Counted from the first letter of the stretch, positions 43,997 through 56,181 are shown. The stretch: 64,000 nucleotides of DNA from an uncultured Bacteroidales bacterium (GCA_963741935.1 CAVUJY010000009.1:18466-82465); one strand, 5' to 3'. The notes: generated by a model not told the origin, from the letters alone. Made by a program: numbers and translations.

Positions 43997-45664
43997 ATGT
44001 GCGGAATAGTTGGAGTATTTGATCTGAAAGTGAGTCACGAAGAGTTAAAAGGTAAAGTACTGAAGATGTCGAAAAAAGTCAGACATCGCGGGCCTGACTG
44101 GTCTGGTATTTTTTGCTGTGATAATGCCATACTGGCGCATGAAAGATTATCGATAGTTGATGTCGAATCGGGCAAACAACCACAATACAGTAAAGACGGC
44201 AACCTCATACTTGCAGTTAATGGTGAGATCTATAATCATCTTGATATTCGCAAAAAGTACAAAGACAAATATGAATTTCTTACAAATTCCGACTGTGAAG
44301 TAATACTGGCGCTTTACCGTGATAAAGGTCCCGATTTTCTTGAAGAACTGAACGGGATTTTTGCATTTGCCCTTTACGATAAGGAGAATGATTGTTACCT
44401 GATAGCCAGAGATCATATTGGAATAGTGCCACTCTATATGGGATGGGATGCATTTGGCAATTTCTATGTTGCCTCTGAACTAAAAGCCCTTGAAGGTGTG
44501 TGCAACAAGATAGAAGAGTTTTTGCCCGGCCACTATCTTTACAGCAAGGATGGAATAATGAAAAAATGGTATGAGCGCGACTGGATGAAGTATGAAGCTG
44601 TCGAGAACAATGAGACTTCAATACCTGAATTAAAAAAAGCACTTGAGTCAGCTGTTCACAGGCAATTAATGTCAGATGTTCCTTATGGTGTACTGCTGTC
44701 GGGAGGTCTGGATTCATCCATTATTTCAGCCGTTGCAAAAAAGTTTGCATCAAAGAGGATAGAGTCGGATGATAAGGCAGAGGCATGGTGGCCGCAGCTT
44801 CATTCATTTGCTATCGGACTTGAAGGCTCACCTGATCTTACTGCAGCCAAAAAGGTTGCTGATCATATCGGGTCGGTACATCATGAAATTCATTTTACAG
44901 TTGAGGAAGGGCTTGATGCTGTCAGGGATGTGATATATCATATTGAAACATACGATGTTACAACAGTCAGGGCTTCAACCCCAATGTACCTTATTTCACG
45001 TGTTATTAAATCAACAGGGGTGAAGATGGTACTTTCAGGTGAAGGCGCTGATGAAATATTCGGCGGATATCTGTATTTTCATAAAGCTCCCGATGCCAGA
45101 GCATTTCATGAGGAGAATGTCAGAAAAATAAGTAAACTTCATCTTTATGACTGCCTGAGGGCAAATAAATCACTTGCTGCCTGGGGAGTAGAAGGACGTG
45201 TGCCGTTTCTGGATAAAGAGTTTATGGATGTGGCAATGCGGATGAATCCAAAAGATAAGATGTCAGGGAAGGACAAAATGGAAAAATATGTCCTGAGAAA
45301 AGCCTTTGAAGATTATCTTCCGGCAAGTGTTGCATGGCGACAGAAAGAACAATTCTCTGATGGCGTTGGATATGGATGGATCGACACGCTGAGGTCACTG
45401 GCAGAAAAAAGCATATCAGATGAACAACTTTGTAATGCCAGGTATCGCTTCCCTATTAATCCGCCTCAGAACAAGGAAGAGTATCTTTACCGCTCAATTT
45501 TCAGTGAACATTTTCCTTCTGACTCAGCCGCCATGTGCGTACCTTCTGTTCCGTCAGTTGCCTGCAGCACACCTGATGCACTTGCCTGGGATGCTTCATT
45601 TAAAAATCTTAATGAACCCTCCGGAAGAGCTGTTAAAAGCGTACATAACGATTCGTATAAGTGA
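43997..45664 (+). CDS. asnB: asparagine synthase B (glutamine-hydrolysing)
   Basis: MCGI N-terminus, RHRGPDW, LLSGGLDSS, SGEGADE, RQKEQFSDGVG. Confidence 0.97.
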   Translation: MCGIVGVFDLKVSHEELKGKVLKMSKKVRHRGPDWSGIFCCDNAILAHERLSIVDVESGKQPQYSKDGNLILAVNGEIYNHLDIRKKYKDKYEFLTNSDCEVILALYRDKGPDFLEELNGIFAFALYDKENDCYLIARDHIGIVPLYMGWDAFGNFYVASELKALEGVCNKIEEFLPGHYLYSKDGIMKKWYERDWMKYEAVENNETSIPELKKALESAVHRQLMSDVPYGVLLSGGLDSSIISAVAKKFASKRIESDDKAEAWWPQLHSFAIGLEGSPDLTAAKKVADHIGSVHHEIHFTVEEGLDAVRDVIYHIETYDVTTVRASTPMYLISRVIKSTGVKMVLSGEGADEIFGGYLYFHKAPDARAFHEENVRKISKLHLYDCLRANKSLAAWGVEGRVPFLDKEFMDVAMRMNPKDKMSGKDKMEKYVLRKAFEDYLPASVAWRQKEQFSDGVGYGWIDTLRSLAEKSISDEQLCNARYRFPINPPQNKEEYLYRSIFSEHFPSDSAAMCVPSVPSVACSTPDALAWDASFKNLNEPSGRAVKSVHNDSYK

Positions 45665-45837
45665 TAATGAGTTTGAGTTTTAATAATTCTTGTTATCAGA
45701 AACAATTTCAAAGATTACCAGTAATCTGCCTTACGTGATAAATTACTAAGCTGTTCTTGTGTTGGTTTTTCGCTGAAAAGTTATATTTTTAGACATTAAG
45801 GATAAGAAAAGTTCTTACCTAACCTGTTTTAAGTATA

Positions 45838-47265
45838 ATGAAGACGAAAATACCTGTTTTATTGGCTGCATCCTGTGCCCTTGCTGCTTGTTCGTGCACA
45901 GACAGAAAAGAGACTCCTCCAAATATTGTATTTATTCTTGCCGATGATCTTGGTTACGGCGATCTAAGCTGTTATGGTCAGAAAAACTTTTCTACACCAA
46001 ACATTGACAGACTTGCATCCGAAGGAATGCTATTTACCCAACACTATACAGGTTGTACAGTTTCAGCTCCTTCCAGATCAAGTCTTATGACCGGAATGCA
46101 TACGGGACATACTCCGATAAGGGGAAATCTTGGTTGGAATCCTGAAGGAAACTGGCCACTTCCGGCAGAATCTTTTACTATTGCCGAAATGTTGAAAACA
46201 CAAGGTTATGTAACCGGAGCCTTTGGAAAATGGGGATTAGGTTATATTGAATCAGAGGGAGATCCAAATGCACAGGGGATAGATGAATTCTATGGCTATA
46301 ACTGTCAGAGCCTGGCTCATAACTACTATCCCGATCATCTCTGGCATAATCATGAAAAGGTACTACTCTCTGAGAATGACAGCAACAGAACAGCAGCTTA
46401 CAGTGCCGACCTGATACATTCAGCTGCATTATCTTTCCTTGAAAAGAATAGAGACAAGCCTTTCTTCCTGTTCTACCCTTCAACCATTCCTCACGCAGAA
46501 CTTTTTGCAAAAGAGGAATATATGGAAATGTTCAGAGGAAAATTCCTTCCTGAAAAATCATATCAGGGAGTAGATAGCGGACCTGAATTTCGTCTTGGTG
46601 CATATGGCTCACAACCTGAAGCTCATGCTGCTTTTGCTGCAATGGTTAAGGAACTGGATGACTATGTAGGTGATCTCCTTGATAAGCTTACTGAACTTGG
46701 TCTTGAAAAGAATACAATTGTAATATTTGCCTCAGATAATGGACCTCATCTCGAAGGTGGTGCTGATCCTGATTATTTTGACAGTAACGGCATATATAAA
46801 GGCTATAAGCGCGATTTATATGAAGGTGGCATAAGAACCCCTCTGATTGTTAAATGGCCGGGAAAGGTGCAAAAGAACGCTAAAAACGGACACATTTCAG
46901 CTTTCTGGGATATTATGCCCACATTAGCTGAAATAACAGGAGCAGAGATACCTGTTGATATTGATGGTATTTCCTTTTTACCATCCTTAATGGGAAAAGA
47001 GCAGAAAGAGCATGAATATCTCTACTGGGAGTTTCATGAGCAGGGAGGCAGAACGGCTGTTAGAATGGGAAATTGGAAAGCAGTGAAGCAGAATGTCGAC
47101 AAAATCCCACAGGGAGAGACTGAATTATATGACCTTTCAACTGATCCGGGAGAGACAAATAATCTGGCATTATCAAATCCTGAATTAGTATTAAAATTGA
47201 ATGATATAATGAAACAAGCTCATATACCATCAAAAGATTTCCCGTTTATATATGAAAAGAATTAG
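45838..47265 (+). CDS. S1 arylsulfatase, Ser-type, lipoprotein
   Basis: ADDLGYGD, SAPSRSSLMTG, GKWGLG, SDNG. Confidence 0.93.
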   Translation: MKTKIPVLLAASCALAACSCTDRKETPPNIVFILADDLGYGDLSCYGQKNFSTPNIDRLASEGMLFTQHYTGCTVSAPSRSSLMTGMHTGHTPIRGNLGWNPEGNWPLPAESFTIAEMLKTQGYVTGAFGKWGLGYIESEGDPNAQGIDEFYGYNCQSLAHNYYPDHLWHNHEKVLLSENDSNRTAAYSADLIHSAALSFLEKNRDKPFFLFYPSTIPHAELFAKEEYMEMFRGKFLPEKSYQGVDSGPEFRLGAYGSQPEAHAAFAAMVKELDDYVGDLLDKLTELGLEKNTIVIFASDNGPHLEGGADPDYFDSNGIYKGYKRDLYEGGIRTPLIVKWPGKVQKNAKNGHISAFWDIMPTLAEITGAEIPVDIDGISFLPSLMGKEQKEHEYLYWEFHEQGGRTAVRMGNWKAVKQNVDKIPQGETELYDLSTDPGETNNLALSNPELVLKLNDIMKQAHIPSKDFPFIYEKN

Positions 47266-48818
47266 CATTAATAACTTTCAGCTTTCTCTGTTTCCATTGA
47301 GAATCAGTGCTTTTACTCCCATATGCCTCCTTTCGGTAGCTGCTTCACAATTAGCATGCGATCGTGTTTCAGAAAAGCCTAATGTTATAATCATCTATGC
47401 CGATGATCTTGGTTATGGCGATGTAAGCAGCTATGGGGCCACAAAGATCAGTACTCCAAATATTGACCGTTTAACCCAACAGGGTCTCGATGTTCACAAA
47501 CGCTCATTGCACTTCCGCAACCAGTACACCTTCGCGTTATTCTCTCCTCACAGGAGAATACGCATGGCGCAGGAAGGGCACAGGAGTGGCAACAGGTGAT
47601 GCTCAGGCAATAATCAAACCCGGACGTACAACCATTGCTACAATAATGCAAAATGCAGGTTATAAGACAGGTGTAGTTGGTAAATGGCACCTGGGACTGG
47701 GAAATGACGGTGGTGCCGACTGGAATGGGGATATCCAGGCCGGGCCAATGGACATAGGGTTCGATTATAATTTTATAATTCCGGCAACAGGTGACAGGGT
47801 TCCTTGTGTATTTATTGAGAACAGGAGAGTTGTTGGTCTTGACCCGAATGATCCTATAAAAGTTAGTTTCAGTGATCCAATCCTTGTTGAACCTACAGGG
47901 AAAGACCATCCTGAACTACTGAAACTTCTTCCGAGTCATGGCCATGATCAGACAATAGTTAATGGCATAAGCAGGATAGGATATATGAGCGGAGGAAAAT
48001 CGGCGTTGTGGATTGATGAGGATATTGCTGATACTATAACGACAAAAGCTGTCAAATTTATTGAAGAAAATAAGGATAAACCTTTTTTCCTCTATTTCTC
48101 CACGCATGATATTCATGTGCCCAGAGTACCAAATCCACGCTTTACAGGTAAGAGTGGGATGGGACCCAGAGGTGATGCAATACTGGAATTCGACTGGTCT
48201 GTAGGCCAGATACTTAATTGCCTTGATTTTCTTGAACTATCTGAAAACACTCTGGTAATTCTTACGAGCGACAATGGTCCGGTAGTTGATGACGGTTACC
48301 AGGATCAGGCTGTGGAGCTGCTCAATGGACATAGACCTGCAGGACCACTGAGAGGAGGTAAGTACAGCCTTTTTGACGGTGGAACAAGAGTAGTCTTCGT
48401 AACAAGATGGAAAGGGAAAATTGCACCGGGTATAAGCCATGCGCTTTTTAGTCAGGTAGATCTGATGGCATCACTGGCCTCCCTTACAGAACAAAAACTT
48501 AGTTCAGAAGCAGGCCCTGACAGTTTTGATCATTTGAACGTGCTTCTTGGCAAATCAGATAAAGGCCGTGACTGGCTAGTGGAACATGCCAGGAAACTTA
48601 CAATTATTAAAGGGGACTGGAAATATATTGAACCGGCATATGGAGAAAAGATTTTGAAAAACACTAATACCGAAACAGGAAATGATACCTTACCACAGCT
48701 ATATAACCTTCGTACTGATCTGGGCGAAAAAAATAATGTGGCGTCCGAAAACTCAGTGATTGTAAAAGAATTAAAAGATCTGCTTGATAAAATTAAAAAT
48801 GATGAAAGAACACGATAG
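47252..48818 (+). CDS. S1 arylsulfatase, Ser-type (frameshifted)
   Basis: ADDLGYGD, STPSRYSLLTG, GKWHLG, TSDNG. Confidence 0.92.
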
Positions 48819-48825
48819 CTAATTT

Positions 48826-50325
48826 ATGAAAAACCTCAAATCTGCACTTGGGCTTAGTATTGTATGTTCAATACCTATGACACTTCTTTTTAATTCATGT
48901 AGTAAAGAAACCGCCAAGCCCAATGTAATATTCATCTTGCTTGACGATTACGGTTATTCCGATCTTGGTTGCTACGGAAGTACATATTATGAAACACCAA
49001 ATATAGATCGACTTGCTTCCGAAGGGATAAGATTTACTGACGCTTATGCTGCTTGCCCTGTCTCATCGCCTACAAGAGCTGCACTGATGACTGGCAAATA
49101 CCCTGTAAAGACAGGTGTTACCGACTGGATTCCCGGACGACAGGCCTCTCAACCGGGTCTTCCTCAGGACAGGCTTCTTGCGAAGCCATTTAACCTGCAG
49201 CTTGAACTCACTGAGACTACAATAGCAGAAGCACTAAAAACAAATGGTTATACTACCATGATAGCCGGCAAATGGCACCTTGGAGAAGATTCAATATTCT
49301 GGCCCGAGAACCAGGGATTTGATGTCAATAAGGGGGGATACAGCAAAGGTTCTCCAAATAAAAGCAAAAGCTCTGATGGCTATTTTTCTCCATATGGAAA
49401 CCCACGATTAGAGGATGGCCCGATTGGCGAATACCTTACTGATCGTCAGACAGATGAAGCTGTTACTTTTATTGAAAAGAATAAAGACAAACCCTTCTTT
49501 GTGTATCTTTCATATTATGCGGTACACAATCCAATGCAAGGGAAGGAGGAGATTATATCTTACTTCGAAAAAAAAGCTGACTCCCTTGGTATATCTTCAA
49601 TTGAACCATTTACCAGGGATAAGGATTGGATAAAACTGGCACCAAAAGGTAATTTCAGGGAAAGGACAATTCAGAGTTATCCTGTATATGCAGCAATGAT
49701 TTATAGTGTTGATGAAAATCTAGGACATCTGTTTGATAAGTTAAAACAACTTGGAATTGATGACAATACAGTTATTATTTTTACTTCTGACAATGGCGGT
49801 TTATCTACCTCTGAAGGATCTCCAACAACAAATTACCCTCTGCGTGCAGGCAAGGGATGGCTCTATGAAGGTGGAATACGGGAACCTTTAATCATAAAAG
49901 CACCTGGAATTGTGACACATCCATCAATATCAGAAGTGCCTGTATCAACTATCGATTTCTTTCCAACTATACTTGAACTAACAGGTACACCCTCCGATGG
50001 ATTTAATTTTGACGGAGTCAGTCTTCTTCCGGTCATGATGGGGGATAGTTTAGAACAACGTCCGCTATTCTGGCATTATCCTCATTATTCAAACCAGGGC
50101 GGCGACCCGGGAAGCGCTGTAAGACTCGGTAACTACAAACTTATTGATAACTTCGAATCGGCTAAAAGAGAGTTATATGATCTTAAGAAGGATATTTCTG
50201 AAGAACATGACATTTCGCAGGAGCAACCCGAAAAAACAGAGGAATTATACAATTTACTCAATGATTGGAGATTAAAATCTGGAGCAAAAATGATGGATTC
50301 AAATCCTAAATGGAATAAACTGTAA
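48826..50325 (+). CDS. S1 sulfatase, Ser-type, lipoprotein
   Basis: LDDYGYSD, SSPTRAALMTG, GKWHLG, FWHYPHY. Confidence 0.93.
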   Translation: MKNLKSALGLSIVCSIPMTLLFNSCSKETAKPNVIFILLDDYGYSDLGCYGSTYYETPNIDRLASEGIRFTDAYAACPVSSPTRAALMTGKYPVKTGVTDWIPGRQASQPGLPQDRLLAKPFNLQLELTETTIAEALKTNGYTTMIAGKWHLGEDSIFWPENQGFDVNKGGYSKGSPNKSKSSDGYFSPYGNPRLEDGPIGEYLTDRQTDEAVTFIEKNKDKPFFVYLSYYAVHNPMQGKEEIISYFEKKADSLGISSIEPFTRDKDWIKLAPKGNFRERTIQSYPVYAAMIYSVDENLGHLFDKLKQLGIDDNTVIIFTSDNGGLSTSEGSPTTNYPLRAGKGWLYEGGIREPLIIKAPGIVTHPSISEVPVSTIDFFPTILELTGTPSDGFNFDGVSLLPVMMGDSLEQRPLFWHYPHYSNQGGDPGSAVRLGNYKLIDNFESAKRELYDLKKDISEEHDISQEQPEKTEELYNLLNDWRLKSGAKMMDSNPKWNKL

Positions 50326-50343
50326 GATTAAAATAATAGACAC

Positions 50344-51822
50344 ATGATAAAAATCAAACCACTTATTGGCATTGGAATGGCCACCCTGATTCCCTTTCAG
50401 GCCGGGGCTCAGAAAACAGCCAAGACAAAGAACACACAACCTAATATAGTTCTCATTTACATCGATGACATGGGGTATGGTGATCCGGGGTGCTTTGGTG
50501 CCACCCAGTATCATACTCCCAATATCGACAGACTGGCTGCAACAGGAATGCGTTTTACAAATTTCTATGTGGCTATGGCAGTAAGCAGTGCTTCAAGAGC
50601 CGGATTATTAACGGGTTGTTATTCTAACCGGGTAGGAATCTCTGGGGCATTGATGCCCAATGATAGTATCGGCATTAATCCCGAGGAACAACTGATACCT
50701 GAACTGCTGGCCCCCAAAGGATATAAGAACGCCATCGTAGGCAAGTGGCACCTTGGGCACCTTTTCCCTTTTCTTCCTCTCCAGAACGGATTCCAGGAAT
50801 ACTTTGGAATCCCTTATTCCAATGATATGTGGCCGGTGGACTTCGACGGCAAGCCTGCCGGTAAGGATAAAAATCCATGGTTACTGCGTTATCCTCCTCT
50901 GCCTCTTATAAAAGGGAATGAGAAGGTTAAAACAATTGAAAATCTTGATGATCAGGCACAAATCACCACAATGTATACTGAATATGCAGTTGATTTTATT
51001 AACAGAAATAAGAATAATCCTTTCTTTTTATACCTGGCTCACAGCATGGTTCATGTTCCTCTTGGCGTATCCGATAAATTCAAGGGTAAAAGTGAACAGG
51101 GCTTATATGGTGATGTGGTAATGGAAGTAGACTGGTCAGTTGGTGAAATAATCAAAACACTCGAGAAAAATGGTCTTATTGAAAATACACTGGTGATATT
51201 TACATCGGACAATGGTCCCTGGCTCAACTTCGGTAATCATGCAGGATCAACAGGTGGTCTGCGCGAAGGAAAAGGAGCCAGCTGGGAAGGAGGACAAAGG
51301 GTACCGGCAATAATGTCGTGGCCGTCAAAGATTCCTGCCGGTGTAATTTGCAATAATATTGCTTCCACCATTGATATCCTTCCGACACTTTGTGCTATTA
51401 CAGGGTCAGATCTGCCGGTGAAAAAGATTGACGGGGTAAATATCCTCCCTCTTCTGGAAGGTAATTTTGATGCCAACCCCAGGGAAGTATTTTATTACTA
51501 TTACCGGAAAAACAGCCTTGAAAACGTGCGAAAAAAACAGTGGAAGCTTGTTCTTCCTCATACTTACCGTTCTTATGAAGGTGTTATGCCTGGTAAAGAT
51601 GGATGGCCTGGTGCATATACCACTGCAAAAACAGATTATGCTCTGTACGATCTCCGTCGCGATCCGGGGGAACGGTACGATGTAAAGGAATTATACCCTG
51701 AAGTGGTGGATGAACTGAAAAAACTTGCTGATGACATGCGACAGGATCTGGGAGATGAGAATTATAACATGCCCGGAGTTAATTCCCGTAAACCGGGTTC
51801 GGTAAAGAAGATTTTGCAATAG
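50344..51822 (+). CDS. S1 arylsulfatase, Ser-type
   Basis: IDDMGYGD, SSASRAGLLTG, GKWHLG, PYSNDM. Confidence 0.93.
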   Translation: MIKIKPLIGIGMATLIPFQAGAQKTAKTKNTQPNIVLIYIDDMGYGDPGCFGATQYHTPNIDRLAATGMRFTNFYVAMAVSSASRAGLLTGCYSNRVGISGALMPNDSIGINPEEQLIPELLAPKGYKNAIVGKWHLGHLFPFLPLQNGFQEYFGIPYSNDMWPVDFDGKPAGKDKNPWLLRYPPLPLIKGNEKVKTIENLDDQAQITTMYTEYAVDFINRNKNNPFFLYLAHSMVHVPLGVSDKFKGKSEQGLYGDVVMEVDWSVGEIIKTLEKNGLIENTLVIFTSDNGPWLNFGNHAGSTGGLREGKGASWEGGQRVPAIMSWPSKIPAGVICNNIASTIDILPTLCAITGSDLPVKKIDGVNILPLLEGNFDANPREVFYYYYRKNSLENVRKKQWKLVLPHTYRSYEGVMPGKDGWPGAYTTAKTDYALYDLRRDPGERYDVKELYPEVVDELKKLADDMRQDLGDENYNMPGVNSRKPGSVKKILQ

Positions 51823-51900
51823 TCCGCAATCTGGCAGTTTTTGAATGATATAAATTTGAATATGGAATTTTTTTATTAGTGTAACTAAAATATTTATTCA

Positions 51901-53481
51901 ATGAAGCTTGATATTAAACTACTTACAATTATTGGTCTGGGCACATCCCTTTATCCGGCTATATCAGCTCAGGGAACAAAGCCTGAACGTCCTAACATTA
52001 TCTACATAATGAGCGACGACCATGCTTATCAGGCCATAAGTGCTTACGGTGGCGCGTTGAAGGCTCTGGCGCCTACGCCTAATATTGACAGGATTGCGAC
52101 TGCAGGAATGATCTTTAACCGCTGCCTTGTTACCAACTCACTTTCGGGGCCAAGCCGTGCAGTTCTTCTTACCGGCAAATACGGCCACATGACCGGTTTT
52201 GTGGCTAACGAAGGTCAACCGCCATTTGACGGGTCGCAGCAGACTTTTCCTAAAATTCTTACGGCTGCAGGATATAACACTGCAATGATCGGCAAATGGC
52301 ATCTTGGTTCTGATCCGACAGGTTTCAGTTACTGGGATATACTTCCGGGTCAGGGAAATTACTATAATCCCGATTTTATTAGCAAAGAAGGTAAACGAAC
52401 GAGAGCAGGGATACGTAACTGAAATTATAACCGGCAAGAGCATGAGTTGGTTAAAGAAGCTAAGGATGCAGGGAAACCTTTTATCCTTATGATGCATCAT
52501 AAGGCACCTCACCGCGAATGGCAGCCAGGACCTAATGAATTATCACTTTATACAAAATACTTCCTTCCCTTATCCTGAAACTCTTTTCGATGATTATTCA
52601 AACAGGGGTACTGCCGAGAAGACACAGGATATGACAATTTCTAAGACGATGCGGCTGGAGCAGGATCTTAAGCTTTACAGAAACCACTCACGAATGACGA
52701 ATACCGGAATTGATCGTATGAATAGCGAACAGAAAGAGGCATGGAACAATGTTTACGATCCTATAATAAAACATTTTTATGAATCCGGGTTGTCTGGAGA
52801 TGATCTCGTTCGTTATAAATACCAGCGGTATATGCAGGATTACCTCGCATGTATTGCTGCTGTTGACAAAAGCGTTGGAGAGATACTTGATTTTCTTAAA
52901 AGAAAATGGACTGGATAAAAATACAATTGTTATCTATACATCCGATCAGGGATTCTACCTGGGAGAACATGGATGGTTTGATAAACGTTGGATGTTTGAA
53001 CAGTCGTACAGTACTCCGCTTCTTATTTCATGGCCGGGTGTTACTAAACCCGGAAGCGTTAACAACGATATGGTGTCAAATCTTGATTTTGCTGAGACTC
53101 TCCTTGACATAGCCGGAGTTGATGTTCCTGACAGATATGCAGGGCGAAAGCATGGTTCCCATTTTAAAAGGCAATACCCCAGATAACTGGAGAAAAGAAC
53201 ATTATTATCATTATTATGAATATCCTGCCGTTCATTCGGTAAAACGTCATTATGGGATGAGCACAGAAAGATATAAGCTGATTCATTACTATTATGACAT
53301 TGATGAATGGGAATTATATGATATTAAGGCAGATCCCCTTGAAATGAGAAATGTTTACAATGATCCTGCATATGCAGCGGTAAGGGCCGATCTTCATGAA
53401 CGACTTAACCGGCTTATGGAGAAGTATAAGGATAGCGAAGCTCTTGCAAAAACGTTCCTGCCAGCTGAAAAGGTTAATTAG
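51901..53481 (+). CDS. S1 sulfatase (N-acetylglucosamine-6-sulfatase-like), Ser-type (frameshifted)
   Basis: [47 protein letters not shown]. Confidence 0.92.
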
Positions 53482-53912
53482 AGCGCTGTCCTTATTTTGA
53501 TAAGGGTTATCAGGCATACATAGGGTTTCCTGTAAAACAATTTTTGAATTTTTTACCGCTTCCGCCCGGGCATGGATCATTCCGTCCTGGCAATCCGGAC
53601 TTAATTGCCTGATTACCTAATATTCCTGATCCAGCTCATAACATTCGTCGGAGGACGCTTGCGTTTAAGTTTCTTTAACATGTAATCCATTATGGTCTAT
53701 GGTGATGAAAGTCATATTATAGTCCTGTGTTTATGGATATTAACATCGTTTATAAAATCAAATCCTCAATTGTCTGAATTTAATATCTATTGAAATATCG
53801 CTTAATTTAACTAATTTTATGGCGCCATATCTTATCCAGTAAGAATTATGGTATTCAACCCGGTATCAGTTCCGGAAATAAAATACATTAAAACTTTAAA
53901 AAATTAATTATT

Positions 53913-55447
53913 GTGAATTTTAAGAACAAGATATTTTACAAGCCAAGACCCTATAATACAATACCACTATGGCAAGATGTTACAGATGAACAATGGAATG
54001 ATCCAAAATGGCAACTTAATAATTCAATCCGTACAGTTGATCAGCTTAAAGAGGTTATTAAGCTTAATGAGTGGCAGGAAAGTGAGATAAGACGAACATT
54101 GATGACCCTGAAGAGTCAGGGTAAGGAGGCACTCAGGATAACACCCTATTATGCAACTCTTATGCAGGCTGATCCCTTTAATCCTGTAATGATGCCCGGT
54201 GAAAAGGCAAGCAAGCGACTCGATCCTGTATTTTGGCAGAGTGTTCCGACTCCTGCAAATCTTCTTTTCCCTGATACAGGAGCTGAGGGTGCAATGAATG
54301 AAGGTTCGCGAAGCTATGGTGCTGTATACCAGCGCTATCCTAACCGTATAGCCCTGTTTGTAGCAGAAAACACAAGTTGCGCATCTTATTGCGTTCATTG
54401 CCAGAGAGCCAAATCTCTCGATTGCACAGTGGATGTAAACAGAAATGAAATTAATAAGGGGCTTTTCTACATCAGGTATAACCAAAACATCAACGAGGTT
54501 CTTGTAACCGGAGGCGATGCACTTATGATAAGCAGAAAAAGGCTGCAGTATATACTTGAAGAATTGAGCAAATACCTCATTTACATGCAATACGTATAGC
54601 TACAAGGGTTCCGGTGGTACTGCCGATGGGAATTACAGATGAGTTACTCGATTTGATTAATGTTTCTTCAAATAAGTATAATAATGGCCCGGAGAAGTAT
54701 GTTTATTTCATGACTCATATCAATCATTACCAGGAAATCACAGAAGAATTGGCCATTGCCGTTAAAAAGATAAGAAATCACGGATTTACAATCAGGAATC
54801 AGACTGTCTTATTAAATCATGTGAATGATTATTATAAGACACTGGCTGAAACATTCCGGAGAATGTTCTGGATTGGTGTTCATCCGTATTACCTTCTGCA
54901 GTGCCATAAAGAAAAAGGAATCGTTCATTTTATAACACCGGTTCAGGTTGGCAAGATCTATATTAAGCATATGCAGGGCTGGCTCTCAGGAATTACTGTT
55001 CCCCGGTATGCTGCAAATGTAGAAGGGGGTGGGGGTAAAGTACTTCTTATGCCTTCTGGTCATGATACACTTAATATTGGCAACAATATTGAGGAAAAGA
55101 TTTCTGAAAGTTTTGCTACTGTTACCACCTGGGATGGCAAAGAATTATTCCGGTACGAAGCTCTTGGAAGGACATACATACAAAGAGTTTGACGGAAGTC
55201 TGTAAAGATAATGGATGAATTCATCGGAAGAAAGGGTGTATTCCTTCCTAGGGTAATTATACATGACGCTGAAGGCAACCATATTGAAACAACCAACAGA
55301 ATAAATCTTCCAAAACTTGAAAAAATCAAAAAATCCGAGAGGTTGGGATATAAGGTTTTCGAAAATGGCATGCCTCTGACAAATCCTACAGATATACTTA
55401 ATGAACTGGATGAGCAATTTAATAAATCTGATTATTCCGGGCAATAA
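53913..55447 (+). CDS. divergent KamA-family radical SAM aminomutase-like protein with C-terminal extension (frameshifted)
   Basis: WNDPKWQLNN, QRYPNR, CASYCVHCQR, TGGDAL, NQTVLL, EGGGGK. Confidence 0.85.
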
Positions 55448-55475
55448 GAGAACAAAATGTTTGCTTTACTTGTTG

Positions 55476-55489
55476 TTTGTTTAAACAAA
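55476..55489. promoter_or_regulatory. putative repressor operator
   Basis: Perfect 14-bp palindrome TTTGTTTAAACAAA upstream of yceI-like/FMN reductase/pirin. Confidence 0.4.
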
Positions 55490-55626
55490 TAGTATTTGTT
55501 CATTGTTATTTAATTAACACGATACTCATTTCCGGTTTTTACTAATCCGAAAATTAAAAAGCATTCTATTATTGATTGACTTGGGTATCTGCTAAAAATC
55601 AGAAACTATTAATCAATCATTTAGAA

Positions 55627-56181
55627 ATGGAAACAACAAGTAAGAACGACAAAGTAAAATGGATAATGGATCCTGCACATTCAGAAATTGGATTCAGGGT
55701 TAAGCACCTGATGGTAGCCAACGTTAGAGGGGTATTCAAAGAATTTGAAGCAAATATTTATACAACAGGAGAAGATTTTCTTACTTCCGAAATTGACTTC
55801 TGGCTCAATCCGGCTTCTGTTTACACAGGTGATGAGAAGAGAGATGGCCATCTAAGAAGTGCTGATTTCTTTGATGTTGAAAATTTCAAAGAAATAAATT
55901 TCACCCCTGATACATTTGAAAGTGTTGATAATGATGGAAGTTATGAAATGTACGGAACCCTTACCATTAAAGGTATTGGGAAGAAAATTAAACTTGATGT
56001 CGAATTTGGTGGAATTCTGAAAGATCCCTGGGGCAGTCAGAAAGCTATTTTCAGTATAAATGGGAAAATAAACCGAAAAGACTGGGGACTAAACTGGAAT
56101 GCAGCACTTGAAACAGGAGGAGTCCTGGTGAGCGATGACGTATGGATTAATTGCGAGGTTCAGTTATCAAAACAGGTATAA
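55627..56181 (+). CDS. YceI family protein
   Basis: DPAHSEIGFRVKHLMV, RDGHLRSADFFD, INRKDWGLNWN. Confidence 0.93.
   Translation: METTSKNDKVKWIMDPAHSEIGFRVKHLMVANVRGVFKEFEANIYTTGEDFLTSEIDFWLNPASVYTGDEKRDGHLRSADFFDVENFKEINFTPDTFESVDNDGSYEMYGTLTIKGIGKKIKLDVEFGGILKDPWGSQKAIFSINGKINRKDWGLNWNAALETGGVLVSDDVWINCEVQLSKQV

Noticed and set aside
53826-53885. Possible SAM riboswitch (CTTATCCAG...) upstream of the radical SAM gene
   Set aside because: It lacks the GAGGGA, GCAACC and GTGC core elements and a matching P1 3' strand.
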